This document shows positions 15,701-27,800 of a stretch of 64,000 nt of DNA, piece by piece. How positions within the stretch are numbered: position 1 is the stretch's first letter; every line of letters starts with the position of its first letter. The DNA is from Fimbriosthenelais zetlandica (taxonomy: Eukaryota): positions 31,372,001 to 31,436,000 of the forward strand of contig OZ365113.1 in the NCBI GenBank assembly GCA_977030845.1, in the 5' to 3' direction. A model generated the notes under the pieces. The model was not told where the DNA came from and ran no database searches. It saw nothing but the letters and a program-made list of their open reading frames with translations. The translations under genes were made by a program, and so were the position numbers.

Positions 15701-18700
15701 GTCTCTTATACTCCCTCCCCTCCCTCAGTTATTCTCCACATCTGTTTATAATATATTTCTAAACTGAACTCTTATGTCAAGTCTGGATACATATTTTGCA
15801 TGTGCAGACAGAACATGGCGTCCATCGACATGTAAATTGAGTGTAAAATCCAGCTTGAAAATGGTGCTAAAACAGACTTTAATATAGAAAGGAATGAGAA
15901 AACCGATCTGTACTCGGGGTGCTATGATTACTATTGATTTTTCCCTGGCTGAGGGGTCAGGGCAGAGGAGGAATGGGGGTGGGGAATTCCAACAGATTGT
16001 GCACCATGTTGTTTCTTTTGTCGATTACCAAATAGGTGGAAATGTAGGCTCTTGACCACAATTACTGCTGTAATTAAAAAAAAGTGGGGGGTTCCATCTC
16101 CCCTCAGATAGGGTCGGAGAGACATGAGTATTGGGGGAAGGATATAGAGAGGGGAAGAGCAAGGGCAGCTATAAGACAATGGCCGAGCAGACAGCTCCCG
16201 CTGCCGACAAAGATGGATCACTCTCAGATTCCCGCGCGCTCTCAGACGCGGTCATAGAGAAAATGTCATCTGCAAAACACTGGGTGAAAGAAACCCTACA
16301 CACGACTCATTGGTGGGCGTGTGAGGGAGAGATGTGTATTCATGCATCGGGGTGAATATCCACTTCATCAATTTGAGTAAATCAGAGTCGATTAAAATAC
16401 CCAAACATATCTCAATAATTCTGTCATTATCTCCACATCTTACCATCAAAGAATCATCAAAGCTTATTTTAGAAATATTTTTCTTTTTTTTTGCTCACCA
16501 TTATTATCCACACATGGAGGCATGAGGTCATCCTATGCTAATGTACATGACTGCTTGTTTGCTATTTTTCACCTTGTTTTCGCCAAATGCCTAAAAGTCT
16601 ACATGTGTAAATGAAGACTTCAAAGGCTTCATCCCCTGCATATATACCTGCCTGCACGCCAGTCCCCAGTCACGTCATCACTGGCCGTCCGATAAGTACC
16701 GGCATTATAGACGAGGTTCATATATACATGTACATGCCTGAAACCGCCCTGTGTTCCCAGATCCCTCTCCCTATATTATACTTACCATGGTCGACCATGG
16801 TCGCTCCATATACTGACTCCATGCCATGTTTTTAATACAGGTGCACATTGGCTTCTCACCATGATAAGCGTGCCTGTCATAAGTTCTGCATTTTATGTGC
16901 TTATCTCATACTTTGATCGGGACAGGTGGCAGCTTTGCATTTAAATTGAATTCCATGGGTCTATAGAAGCGTATTTCTTTGAAACTGGGTTTCATTTAAT
17001 GAATGATATCACATTCAGAAGTGTTAACTCCTGGCATAAATAGATTTTGGGCGATTCTTTAAAATGGAAGCAGTGCATTTATTTTCCATTCCTCCAGTGG
17101 TCGTGACTCAGTAAAAAGGATAGGAGATAGCTTTAAGGATAATGGATCATCACTTGGCCTACCTCCTGTGTGTTCACCTGGAGGTGGCGAGGCCTTCCCT
17201 CTCCTCCAACAGGCCGCGATCTGGCAGTGGTAGGCTGCAGCCATACATTATTCAGGGTGTGAATTTAAAAGACTGCCTCTAATCCATGTAGGCCGGTGTT
17301 TGACTGGTAGAGCCCCCCTCCTCTTCCCTTCTCCACCCGATACCAGACAAGGCAGCCATCGAGAATGCATGCCCCTCCTTATCCCCCCCACCCCCACCCC
17401 CCCCCCCCCCACCCCCAAGCCCACCCTCCACAACCTAGGTGTCACTCTATAAACCTTGCCAGCTCACATTGAATTATGTAATTTACCGATACTTTCTTGG
17501 AGATAAATTTATGCATAATTTACATTATAAAGTAATGACCAAGAATCGAGTGTTATCACATGGAAAAAAATAATAAATCTCTTTTACAAAAAGAGTTTTA
17601 TCGATTATATGATGATAATTATGTACTTACAGTTAATGAAATTAAGTTGCACCTTTTCATAGCATGATCAGGGTAATATAATGAAGCTGGTGGTCCGCAG
17701 TGCTCTGTCTCAGACTGTAGTGCTTATGGGTCGTGAGGATCAAGGAGCGCTGAGGTTGGTGGAGGAAAATTAGGTTCACTGATGTCCTCCAGTCACCCGT
17801 GTTTATATGGGTTAAAAGGTTTTCACAACACATGCCCTGAGTAATCTGAAAAAAAGATAAATTTAATTAGCATCAAGCTCCTCGTGCAGCTGAGGAGGAG
17901 AAAAGTTCATAAAGGCCTATTTTGGAAGAATAAGGCAAAGCAAATTGACAGGCTGTGGCATCTTTTTTTTGTTCAGTGAATTTTTTATTCTGCCAGGAAA
18001 AGCATCTGCGTCGAAGTTTAAAAAGAACGGTTCTTGTACATTAAAGAACTCGGAATAGATTCTATATATGTTGCAAATTGATTTGGCATGTCTTCTTAAA
18101 AAAAAAGGGGGGGGGGGAAATCCAGCATGCATTAGGCAAAATGGCCGACATTAATATGTAAACCAATTCAATATACATGTATATGTCAGTGACCGAGTTC
18201 TTTCCCATGACTCGCTCTATATATGGAATGACATCCTTTCCAGGCCAACACCTGGAGAAGGGATGAGGTGCTCCCCTTTCCGTTATATGTTTATGTGCCA
18301 GGAAGCGGGCGGGAAGGCCAAGCAAACAATTAGTCCCACATCAAAGGCGGTAGGCACAAAGAAAGGGTCACTCGAATCGGATCGGTACAAAACTGATCGT
18401 AAAGCAGACCGCCCTGACCCCTCAACACATCCCTAACACGCAACACTCCATTAACTGCTACAGTTACCATAGATACCCAGCCTTTGTTATGAATAATTCG
18501 GTGCATTCATAACCCGATCTCTTACGTGTATTACATTGAAATACACAGATAACTTAAGGCGTTATTGGCATCTTATGACCGATGGAAAATGCATCACCAA
18601 ATACGAATTAGATATAGGTATAATGTATTCCATATATTTCCAAAATTTTTATTACCTTTTACTTTATCCCAGATTGTAATATATGTCTTTGTCCTCGCGT

Positions 18701-19102
18701 GACACCCTTAAAATCTATATTTAGTCCAGGTCATTGAACTAACATTTAACCTTCATCTGTCACCAGAATGGTGGACTAATATTCTCTGAAACTGTTTGCA
18801 CTGCATTTTGTGTAAATATTCCCCAACACCAGGTGTAAAGGTGCGTTAAAAGAGGAAGGAAAATTATCTGGTGGTTCATGTTATAAGAGATAGATATGAT
18901 TCACACATATTAGGTACAATATCGTAACAATATTGGTCTGTGAATAGGCCCTAAAGATGAAATTCACATTACGCGGGCGTGTATTCATGCGCTCCGTTTC
19001 ATTAGTAGAGGTAGGATGCCAATATTGCTACGCCAATTATGTCGCCGAATAACAATGGGGTCCCAATTCGCCCTAGGACGAGTGCAGAACTCTTCCTCCT
19101 GC

Positions 19103-19219
19103 GCGCATGCTCACCGGAAGATAATGCCCAAAGCGAGGCTTTGGAGGGTCACATGGCCCAAGTCAGCCAATCAGCATCGTTTTTTCATTAATACCTAACA
19201 ATGGCTGGGGAGTGTGAGT
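19103..19219 (+). promoter_or_regulatory. Candidate proximal promoter (NRF1-like GCGCATGC, ETS CCGGAAG, NF-Y AGCCAATCAG) followed by a GTGAGT donor
   Basis: Motifs at 19103, 19114 and 19165, donor at 19214; about 1.8 kb upstream of the 21045 acceptor. Confidence 0.35.
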
Positions 19220-21045
19220 GTGGGTTCGGGTTAGGTTTGTGTCACGACACGTTGGAATCGTTCAAGCAATAACGTGATGTAGTCTGCTTTGAAACAAACA
19301 AAAAAACGTGCCAAATAGGAGATGTACGAGACCGAAACTGCCTTCCTTGGGCAGGCGAGAGCTGTATGAAAAGCTGTCCTCGCCGAGTCAATGTGAGGTG
19401 GGGAAGGATCCATCGCCGTCTGCCATATTCAATCAGCCATCCCCATGACCTCTGACAGACATTATTTCGATAGCACCGAGGAAATATCTGATAAAACTAA
19501 AATAATGAAGCCCAGGCCGGGCAGCGTGATGAGCTCCCGCCTGTGGCCACTGACTGGCTTTGAACACCCACCATGTCGGCTACTCAAGCTGCGTAATTTG
19601 TGGCTCATGGACCATACAAAAAGATGAGTTAATTTCACTCTGATGAAAGATACAAAATTGATTCTTTCTCCACCATATTTTTTCACTTTTAGCTGTGGGA
19701 AATATCTATATTACTATAGGTCTAATAATCGCATAAAAATTGGATGGACACATTCGAGTCTCATAATGCAGTGGAGGGTTAGGAGGAGTTGGAGATGGTT
19801 ATCTTTCTCCAGCTAGATATGTGCGTTGATTACTTTGTCCAATCACTGTAGTGAGTCTTCTCTGTGAACGTGATGCCTGCCCATGGGGAGTGCAGGAGGC
19901 CACCCTGGGACACGCCAAGTGGCATGAGCACCTCACGCACCACTCATTATGCCCAACTAGGCCAATGACAATCTTCTGCAATGTGATTAGTTGCGGCCAC
20001 CAACCCTGGCAATGTGTTGAATACCTGCATTTTACCACCTTTGTTTTACCTGTCCGCCATCTTCCATTCATCCATTATGTACCATACAATATCAATACAA
20101 TACGTTCATAAACAAAGCCTGCCAACAGCAGTCCTCCTCCAGCAACAGCAGCCAAGCCAAGCAAATAGTTTTCTTTTGACTATCATCATACACTAATTGT
20201 TTCACTTTTTTACTAATCAACCTCTGAAGGGGAAGATTTTTACTCCACTGGATGGCATTACCAATTATGTGGATTAAATTGAGCCTGCCATTTGTGAAGG
20301 AGTGGCAATGAGACTATTGCCTCGTCAGATTGCCAGAGGGGGGTAACAATGGCGGTGGAGCGGGGTTTTTTCTTGTTTGTCAAAGTGGAGGGATCGAAGA
20401 ATTAACGGTGTTCATTAAAAAAAAGAAAGAGCATGTCGTGATTCACTGGCGGGCCTGAATGGCGTTCAGAGGCAGTATCCTGTAACGTGTTCGCCAGCTT
20501 TGTTAAAGTGGTGGCGGCAGCATTTAATAGTTAAATGGCAGGCTACTGATTTGTTTTGTGATGTCTCTGTCTTGACAGTCATTAGGCCTGCTTGGGCTGG
20601 TGCTGCTGCCATGTTTGCACAACGTTAATTGGTAGAGGAGAGGCTGTTGCAGGCTCTGCTGTGACTCAGGATATAACCAAGTGAATGTAGCCCTCTGCAA
20701 TTGAATCATTCAAATACACTTTTGTGAGACTTATGTAAATTAGTGGCACTTTCGCTTGTGTCAATTTCTTTTGCCTTCTATAATTCACTGGTTCATATAT
20801 GTAACTGGTACAGTGGAACTTGTTCATACAAGAACTCGAGAAAAATCTTTTCAAATGAAGAACTTGCAATTTCCTGAATATAATGCATGTTTAGCTGATT
20901 CTGAAAGGTCTTTTGTAGAAAATCATTGCGTGCTTGAAGGGTTTATGCAATGATCCAATGTGCTCGTTCACTAGTGCATTTGTATTAAACTATGCCTAAG
21001 TCTTGGAGAGATGATTAAAAATGCCTTCCTTTTGTATCTTTGCAG

Positions 21046-21099
21046 ATTTAAAGATGCCCTTCTGACACGAGTGCTCCAGACGAGCGACTTCCTCTTGCC
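21046..21099 (+). other. 5' UTR part of the first coding exon, containing a minimal uORF (ATG CCC TTC TGA, 21054-21065)
   Basis: Strong acceptor at 21045, in-frame stop at 21049-21051, uORF read directly from the sequence. Confidence 0.75.
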
Positions 21100-24000
21100 A
21101 TGGAGGTAGCTCCATCACCACCCGTCATCCCTGAGTCTCTGAAGAAGATGGCGGAGTCTCTTTCAGGAGAGCCATCCTCCACTTCATTGACTCCCTCTGA
21201 CCCAGACGGCTGCAATAACAACAATAACAACGGTATAGGTACCCTGGGCTTGTTGGATAAAGCTGGGGCTACTGCTCTCCATGCACCTCCAAGCACAGAG
21301 GACCTAGCCACGCCCCCTCCCCCTACACTTCAGAATTCACCTCCTCCAGCCTCTCTACAAAATCATATCAACGGTACGCAGGAGGAGGAAGATGAGGATG
21401 AAGCTGATGATAGGGTGAACACACCACCAAACGTGCTTAATACTCATAGTACAGGGTCTGATACAGTGAACACACCACCTCAGATTATCATGGACACCGA
21501 TGACAGTCCATTGTTAGGAACGCCATCGTCATCGTCACATAATTTCAAAAGTGATGATAACCTAGGTACCTTACAAACTCAACAAAGTGGGGCGAACAGC
21601 CCGGCCTCATTGACCTCAGGTAGTGTATCACAACCTCTCACTCCAGGTAGCAGTTCTGTGAACAGGTCTCCCTCACAGAACAGCGCCAACCTGGAGCGGT
21701 CAGGCCCGAGGTCTGAGGAGGGAATCCAGTGTGGTGAATGTACCAAGGAGTTCAGTACCATGCAACAATACATGGGCCATAGCTGCTCCACTTCAGCTGC
21801 TGAGGTGCCACCTACAACCACCACCACCACAGCCAGCAAAACAGACACTGACATGACGACGAAAGAAGAGAATGAAGATTTGCTCAGTGAAGGGGAGAGT
21901 TTTGATGGGAAGATTGTCTATAATCCTGACGGCTCTGCTTATATAATTGAGGGAGAGTCGGACCTCAGTGACTCAGACTCTTTGATAGACTTGCCCCAAG
22001 TGGAGGGCAGTATAGTTGATCAACGAGGCAAAGTCAACACCTCAACTGTCCAGACTTTTCCTCAAATTGCAAATGCATTCTACATCCAAAGAAATCCTGC
22101 TGCCTTCTATAACACTTTTTACATGTTTCCACCTGAGAACAGGCCTCGTGTTGAGGCTCCAATCATGCACAGCTATCGTGTGTATGATCTTAGGTCAGCA
22201 AAAACCAAAGATAACAGAAGTATGCCTAACAACCAGGATGAGGAAAATGCCAGTATGGCCAGTTCGAAAGAGACCACTGAGGACGAGTGCAAACCACCTA
22301 AACTGAGAAAGATGGGATTTGGCCCCGGCCAGGAGGTGATGACGGTCCCAACAAAACCTATCCTTATGTGCTTCATCTGCAAACTCTCATTCGGATATGC
22401 CAAGTCTTTCGTTGCACATGCCATAGGTGAGCATGGGATGTCACTAAATGATAAAGAAAGAGAGATCATGTCTCTTAAGAATGCGTCTGCCATAATTCAA
22501 GGTGTTGGGAAAGACAAGGAGCCCCTGATGTCATTTCTAGAACCGAACTCTCCGCCCCAAGCGGGCCCGCTCAATGAGGACAGGTCAGGTGCTCAACCTT
22601 TCTTTCCACAAAATGTTTTTGCTAACAGTACGAGTAGTAATGTAGCTACAAGTACCACTAGTGTATCCCATGTATACCCCACTGCCAATAGTACCTCGAA
22701 GACAGAGCCCACTAGCAGTAATAACAGTTCATTCAAGTCATCTAATGACCTTGGATGTGATCCCTCAGTGGGCACTGCTCAAGATAATGTCTCGGAGATT
22801 GTTCTACAACAAGGTGCTAGTAATGCTGCTGATGTGCCATCTTTGTCAGAAATTGACAGCAACAAATGTAAACAGCAGCTTAAACTGCCAGATAGCAGCT
22901 ATCTGGTGAAATCTAAAGACAGTAACAGTGTGTGCAGCAGTCAGGATGGTGGAGATGCTCAAGGTGATCTTGACTCAGGTGCTATGGAGAAAAATAATCA
23001 CGAACACATGTCAAGGAGAAATGGTTCACCAAACACTGATCAGTACAGAGAGGCACTATCAAGAGTAGCTCCAAGTCCTCAGAGACCAGTTGGAAGTCCT
23101 GGACGAGCTACTCCTGGTATGGCGAGTAGTCCTAGAGCTACAACTCCCATGTCATCGGCAGCAATTACATCCGCTGCACAAGTACCAATACAGCAAGTTA
23201 TGTCCCAGAGATTACCATCCCCTAACTCCATGCCTGGTATGATTGTGAGAGGATGTGCGGATCATCCCAATGGCAATCCCGAAAACGATTGTGCCCAGTG
23301 TGATGTAGTTCTCCGGTCTCGCTCTCTTGGTGGCCATATGACCATGATGCACTCGCGGAACTCCTGCAAGACCCTCAAGTGTCCCAAGTGCAATTGGCAC
23401 TACAAGTACCAGGAGACTCTCGAGATCCACATGAAAGAGAAACATCCAGAGACAGACGCACAATGCATATACTGTATCGCAGGTCAGCCCCATCCACGGT
23501 TGGCTAGGGGTGAGGTTTACACCTGTGGATACAAGCCATATCGTTGTGATGTCTGCAACTACTCCACCACCACCAAAGGTAACCTTAGCATTCACATGCA
23601 GTCTGACAAGCACATCAACAACATCCAGGAGCTGCAGAATGGCAATGCTGAGATGAAGATGGCCCCGCAAGCACAAGGGGTGCAGCAGTCCCCTTTGCCG
23701 CAACATCCGCAACATCCGCAGCATCCGCAGCCCCAGATCCCCCAAAGTCCACTTTCACAAAGTCAGCAGGACATTCTGAAAAAGAACAAGCCCAAACCTA
23801 CCTGGCGCTGTGATGTTTGTAATTATGAGACCAATGTGGCCCGCAATCTGCGGATCCACATGACGAGCGAGAAGCACACGCACAACATGATGGTTCTGCA
23901 GCAAAATGTGAAACACATGCAGCGGGACATGCAGTTCCAGTTGGGTCAGATGGCTGTGATGGGCCATGACCCGACCATGCTGGGTATGACCTCCCCGCTC

Positions 24001-24820
24001 GCCCCTGGACTACCTCCATTTGGCTTGGAACAGGCCATGTTCATGCCGCCCATCCCTGGCATCGTGGAGATGCCCATGGACCTCACTAAAGAAAACAACT
24101 TCCCAAATACCTCAGCATTACCACTTGATCTGAAAGCAGCCGCTGCTGTCACGGCTGTTGCCACCAGTACAGAACCCTCCAAGATATTTCAGTGTTCCAT
24201 CTGTAATGTCTTCTCCTCAAACTCCTTAGAAGGTTTACACCAGCATATGCAGCTCGACAGGACAAAGGCTGTCAATAATGACAGTATTGCTGTCATGAAC
24301 GGCACATACCTGTGCAATCTTTGCACATACAAGACCAACCTCAAGGCTAACTTCCAGTTGCACTGCAAGACGGACAAGCATCTGCAGCGCCTTCAGCTCA
24401 TCAACCACATTCGGGAAGGAGGCGCCCAGAATGAATGGCGCCTTAAGTACATGAACATGTCCAACCCTGTCCAGGTGAAGTGCAACGCCTGTGACTATTA
24501 CACTAACAGCATACACAAGTTACAGCTTCACATGGCCAATACACGGCACGAGGCCAATGCTAAGCTCTTCAGACATCTCCAAAACTCTGAATCCAAGGTG
24601 TCTTCTGAGAAAAAGTACTACCACTGCGCTCTTTGTAATTTCTCGACCAAAGCCAAACTCAACCTCATCCAACATGTCCGTTCGATGAAACACATGCGGA
24701 ATGAGAGCATGAGACTCCTGCAACTCAAGGAACAGGGAAAGGAAGCTGAATACGACCTCGAAGAGATCTTCTGTGTCAAGGAATATTCTGATGCGGATGC
24801 CATCAACTTCGATGAAACTG
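21100..24820 (+). CDS. zfh2: First coding exon of a zinc finger homeobox protein of the zfh2/ZFHX3(ATBF1)/ZFHX4 family; homeodomains lie beyond the window
   Basis: The ORF carries family-diagnostic motifs: FDGKIVYNPDGSAYII, PIMHSYRVY, KPILMCFICKLSFG, LGGHMTMMHSRNSCKTLKCPKCNWHYKYQETLEIHMKEKHP, HPRLARGEVYTCGYKPYRCDVCNYSTTTKGNLSIHMQSDKH, WRCDVCNYETNVARNLRIHMTSEKH, YKTNLKANFQLHCKTDKH and KLNLIQHVRSMKH. Acceptor cttccttttgtatctttgcag ends at 21045 and is followed by an in-frame TAA, so ATG 21100 is the start. Donor ACTG|gtaagt at 24820/24821 is phase 1; the last ~19 codons of the listed ORF are intronic. Confidence 0.96.
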
Positions 24821-27800
24821 GTAAGTACAGCTTTTCCAAGATACAATGTTATACCAACTTTGTTTTCAACATTCTCTAATACATTGTTTTCTGGTTATTT
24901 AAAAAAAGTTTTAAAATAACTACTTGAAGCAACCAGGATGACGACAATTGAATGAAAAGACCGGAAGCAAGAGCTTCTGAAGGTTAATATTTACTTTGTC
25001 CGACTTCAGTTTTGCACTAAGGACAATTTATCATTATTCATAACTGCATTGAGCTCCAGGGAAATGTCTGAGTAACTTTCCTTTATATGACAAAGGACGG
25101 AGCCTGCCGGACGCATACTGCAGACACCACCGGTGGGTTTCATTAAACCCCGATGGAGACTATAAGAAATTCAATCTTAGTCCCTTCTAAAAAGTAATTT
25201 CAAGCCTCTTGAGATGATGGCAATTGTCAAGACTAACGGATGTAATTAGTGAGAGCCTGGAGAAGCCCGACAGGAGGGGCTCTTCACCTGGAGGAGGAAG
25301 TCTCCAGGTGAGGCTGGCCACTTCCGCTCCACACCTGAGCTCAGTCTCACTCTCACCCAGCTCGGGGATTGCTGGAGAAGAGACTGGAGAGTGAGAAGAC
25401 AAAGACTTAATGCATGCAAGTATGATGCACCTCCCTCAGTGAAGTTCCACGTCCTATGTGGATTAAATCACTTTCAGATATATGTCTTCTCTATCCACAA
25501 GACAAAACCCACTGTTAATTCAAAAGGGACACATGTATGATTCATGAATCCAACAAAGTTGAAAGTTGTTTTTTCCATTGTGTTGACTTTTGAATTAAGT
25601 GTTGGGATTATAACTTATTGATGGGATTTCCCATGTTTCCCAGAAAGGTTCTCTGTTTTAACATGGTTCCAATTAATACTAGGATGTGTAGGAAGGAACT
25701 CTTGCCCATTCCCACAGTGGATAGTCACTGTAATTAGAATCAGAAAAGTAAATGGATTTGTCCCGAAGGGAGGTTGGTCTACTGCATCAGCCCTCTGGAA
25801 TTCCTGTCAGTATTTTTTGGGGGGGCTGTACCAGAAAATGGAACCGACACACGATTAGATTACTCATATCGTGGGAAAAGGTCCAAACAAAAAAAAGATT
25901 ACAATGCCACTGTACGATGGAACTAATTATCTGTTGGCTGGTAAATGAAAAATAAACCACAACTATGTAGGCTTTCATATCATAAATGAGGCAATTGTCT
26001 TCATATTGAAATTAAAATTAAATTTAGTGCTTATCGAGCAAGGTATCATTTTTTTCAGCCTCGCCTCCACATATCAGACTTTAAGGCGTATCGGTGTCGA
26101 TAATAAGATTGCCTTCAGATCCTAATGTAAACAGTCAGATCTTTTTAAACATGAATGAATCCGTGTAGTGGCGCCAAGTCGGAGGTTCGGGGGATGTACA
26201 TAATGAAGGGAAATACATCCTGGCCAGCGTCAGAAATCCCGTGGGCGGATTATGTTATTCCTCTGTGGAGGGGACTATTTCCCATGATCATACAGCGGTG
26301 TTGCTTCTGACATCTTCTGCTAGTTTTGGCAAGGCAGTCCCACCAGAAAGCACCACTACCAAAACCACCAGCCATGTCCCACAGCTATTTGGCACTACGC
26401 TTTCCTAAATACCCATCCCCAGGGCTACCTTCACTATTTTCACCAAGGCAATCTTCATATTTACTTAATTTCCGTTCACTACCTTCCCCCCCCCCCCCCC
26501 ACCGTACTCCACTCCCCCTACATAGCCTTGTTCACAATGATATCTCGCCCATGGCTGGATACCTTGAAAAAGAGGACAATTCTATTTCAATTAAAATTAT
26601 TTTTTGAAAAATCAATTAGCATGGGTTTATTAGTGAGTGGTAAGGGGGGCTGTTGTCTGTAGTCTGAATGAAGTGATTGGGAGTGAACAAGGTTTGCACT
26701 TGAGGGAAGGTTAATGGCATGTGAGAGACGAGGACTAAATTTGGCCACAGGCTGTAAAGCTAATGGTAGAGTCTCTGTACTCTTTTGTAGCTAGCTTGTA
26801 CCTGCCATTGGCCAGAGGTGAAAAAATTGTCAACAGTCAAGGCTGACACTTGCTCTACATTTCCTGCCTGCCAAAATGTGTATATATGAGAAGGAACTGG
26901 ACAGAAAAAAGACGAAAGCCACTAAAAGGTTATGTGGTTATATATATTCCCAATTAGTTTTTACACGTGTGGGTTTTATTGAACACGAAGCTCCCTGTAT
27001 TGCTTCATTAGTTTTCCTCAGTTGAACACATTCTCAGTGTGCTTTTTTTATTTCCGGTTTGCAGGTAATGGGAAATGGAGAAATCCATAGTGAAAACCGG
27101 AATCTAATTAAATACCATTTCCCCCCTGAGTCTATTAACTCATCAGGAGCAATGGGTACGATAAGCAAAATGCAGAGACAGATTCAATGAGGCCTGTATT
27201 TGGACCCCTCCCCCAGCTACCAGCCAACCCAGGTGGGAGGGCCGGCCCTTCATACCCGCTATTGTTAATCCAAACTCTAACTTACGTTGTCATGGTTACG
27301 TCAGCTAATGACAATGGAGTGGATGATAATTCCAGGTATTTCCTCCTCCTTTCTGGCTACCCGACCAGCCAGCTTTAATTCAATTGCAATTTTCGTACGG
27401 GTAATAGTCCTTAATTTCCTACGTCTTGGAGGCAGGGGGGGGGGGGTCATTTTGTCTCATGCCCGCGTTAGCTTATAGTTGATGAGGCCGGGCTTCATTG
27501 AGAAAATTAATAAAAACTAATTTTAGAAAGGAAATTGATATCGATAGTAAGGATCATTTTACAGTATTACATTAATCGTAGGACCTGGAAGGAACTCTTT
27601 AATTTACGAAGCCATGATGAGCTAAATAAATCGATGTTCCAAAAATATAGGGCATCCGATGCCGTGAAAGTGTGTTGAACGAGGTATTAAAATTAATATA
27701 TTGTGGCCGAATAATACCTGCACTGAAACTTGCACAGCTTTCAGTTACACTTTTTCCAATATAATGCCATGCCACATTGTAACCGATTTAATCAAAAATT

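Noticed and set aside
16784-16801. 18-bp perfect palindrome ACCATGGTCGACCATGGT (also a 14-bp palindrome at 15194)
   Set aside because: About 0.2 and about 4 such palindromes are expected by chance in 64 kb; no supporting context.
19222-19240. gggttcgggttagg, a telomere- or Helitron-like motif
   Set aside because: Only one or two units and no other element hallmarks.
21579-24846. Many minus-strand ORFs over the ZFHX exon (up to 177 aa)
   Set aside because: Antisense shadows of a GC-balanced coding exon.
24821-24879. C-terminal GKYSFSKIQCYTNFVFNIL of the listed 1259-aa ORF
   Set aside because: Read-through into the intron past the gtaagt donor.
27120-27150. Minus-strand CTGATGAG near a small stem; also CTGATGAG at 54514
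   Set aside because: No GAAA core or stems I/III, so not hammerhead ribozymes.
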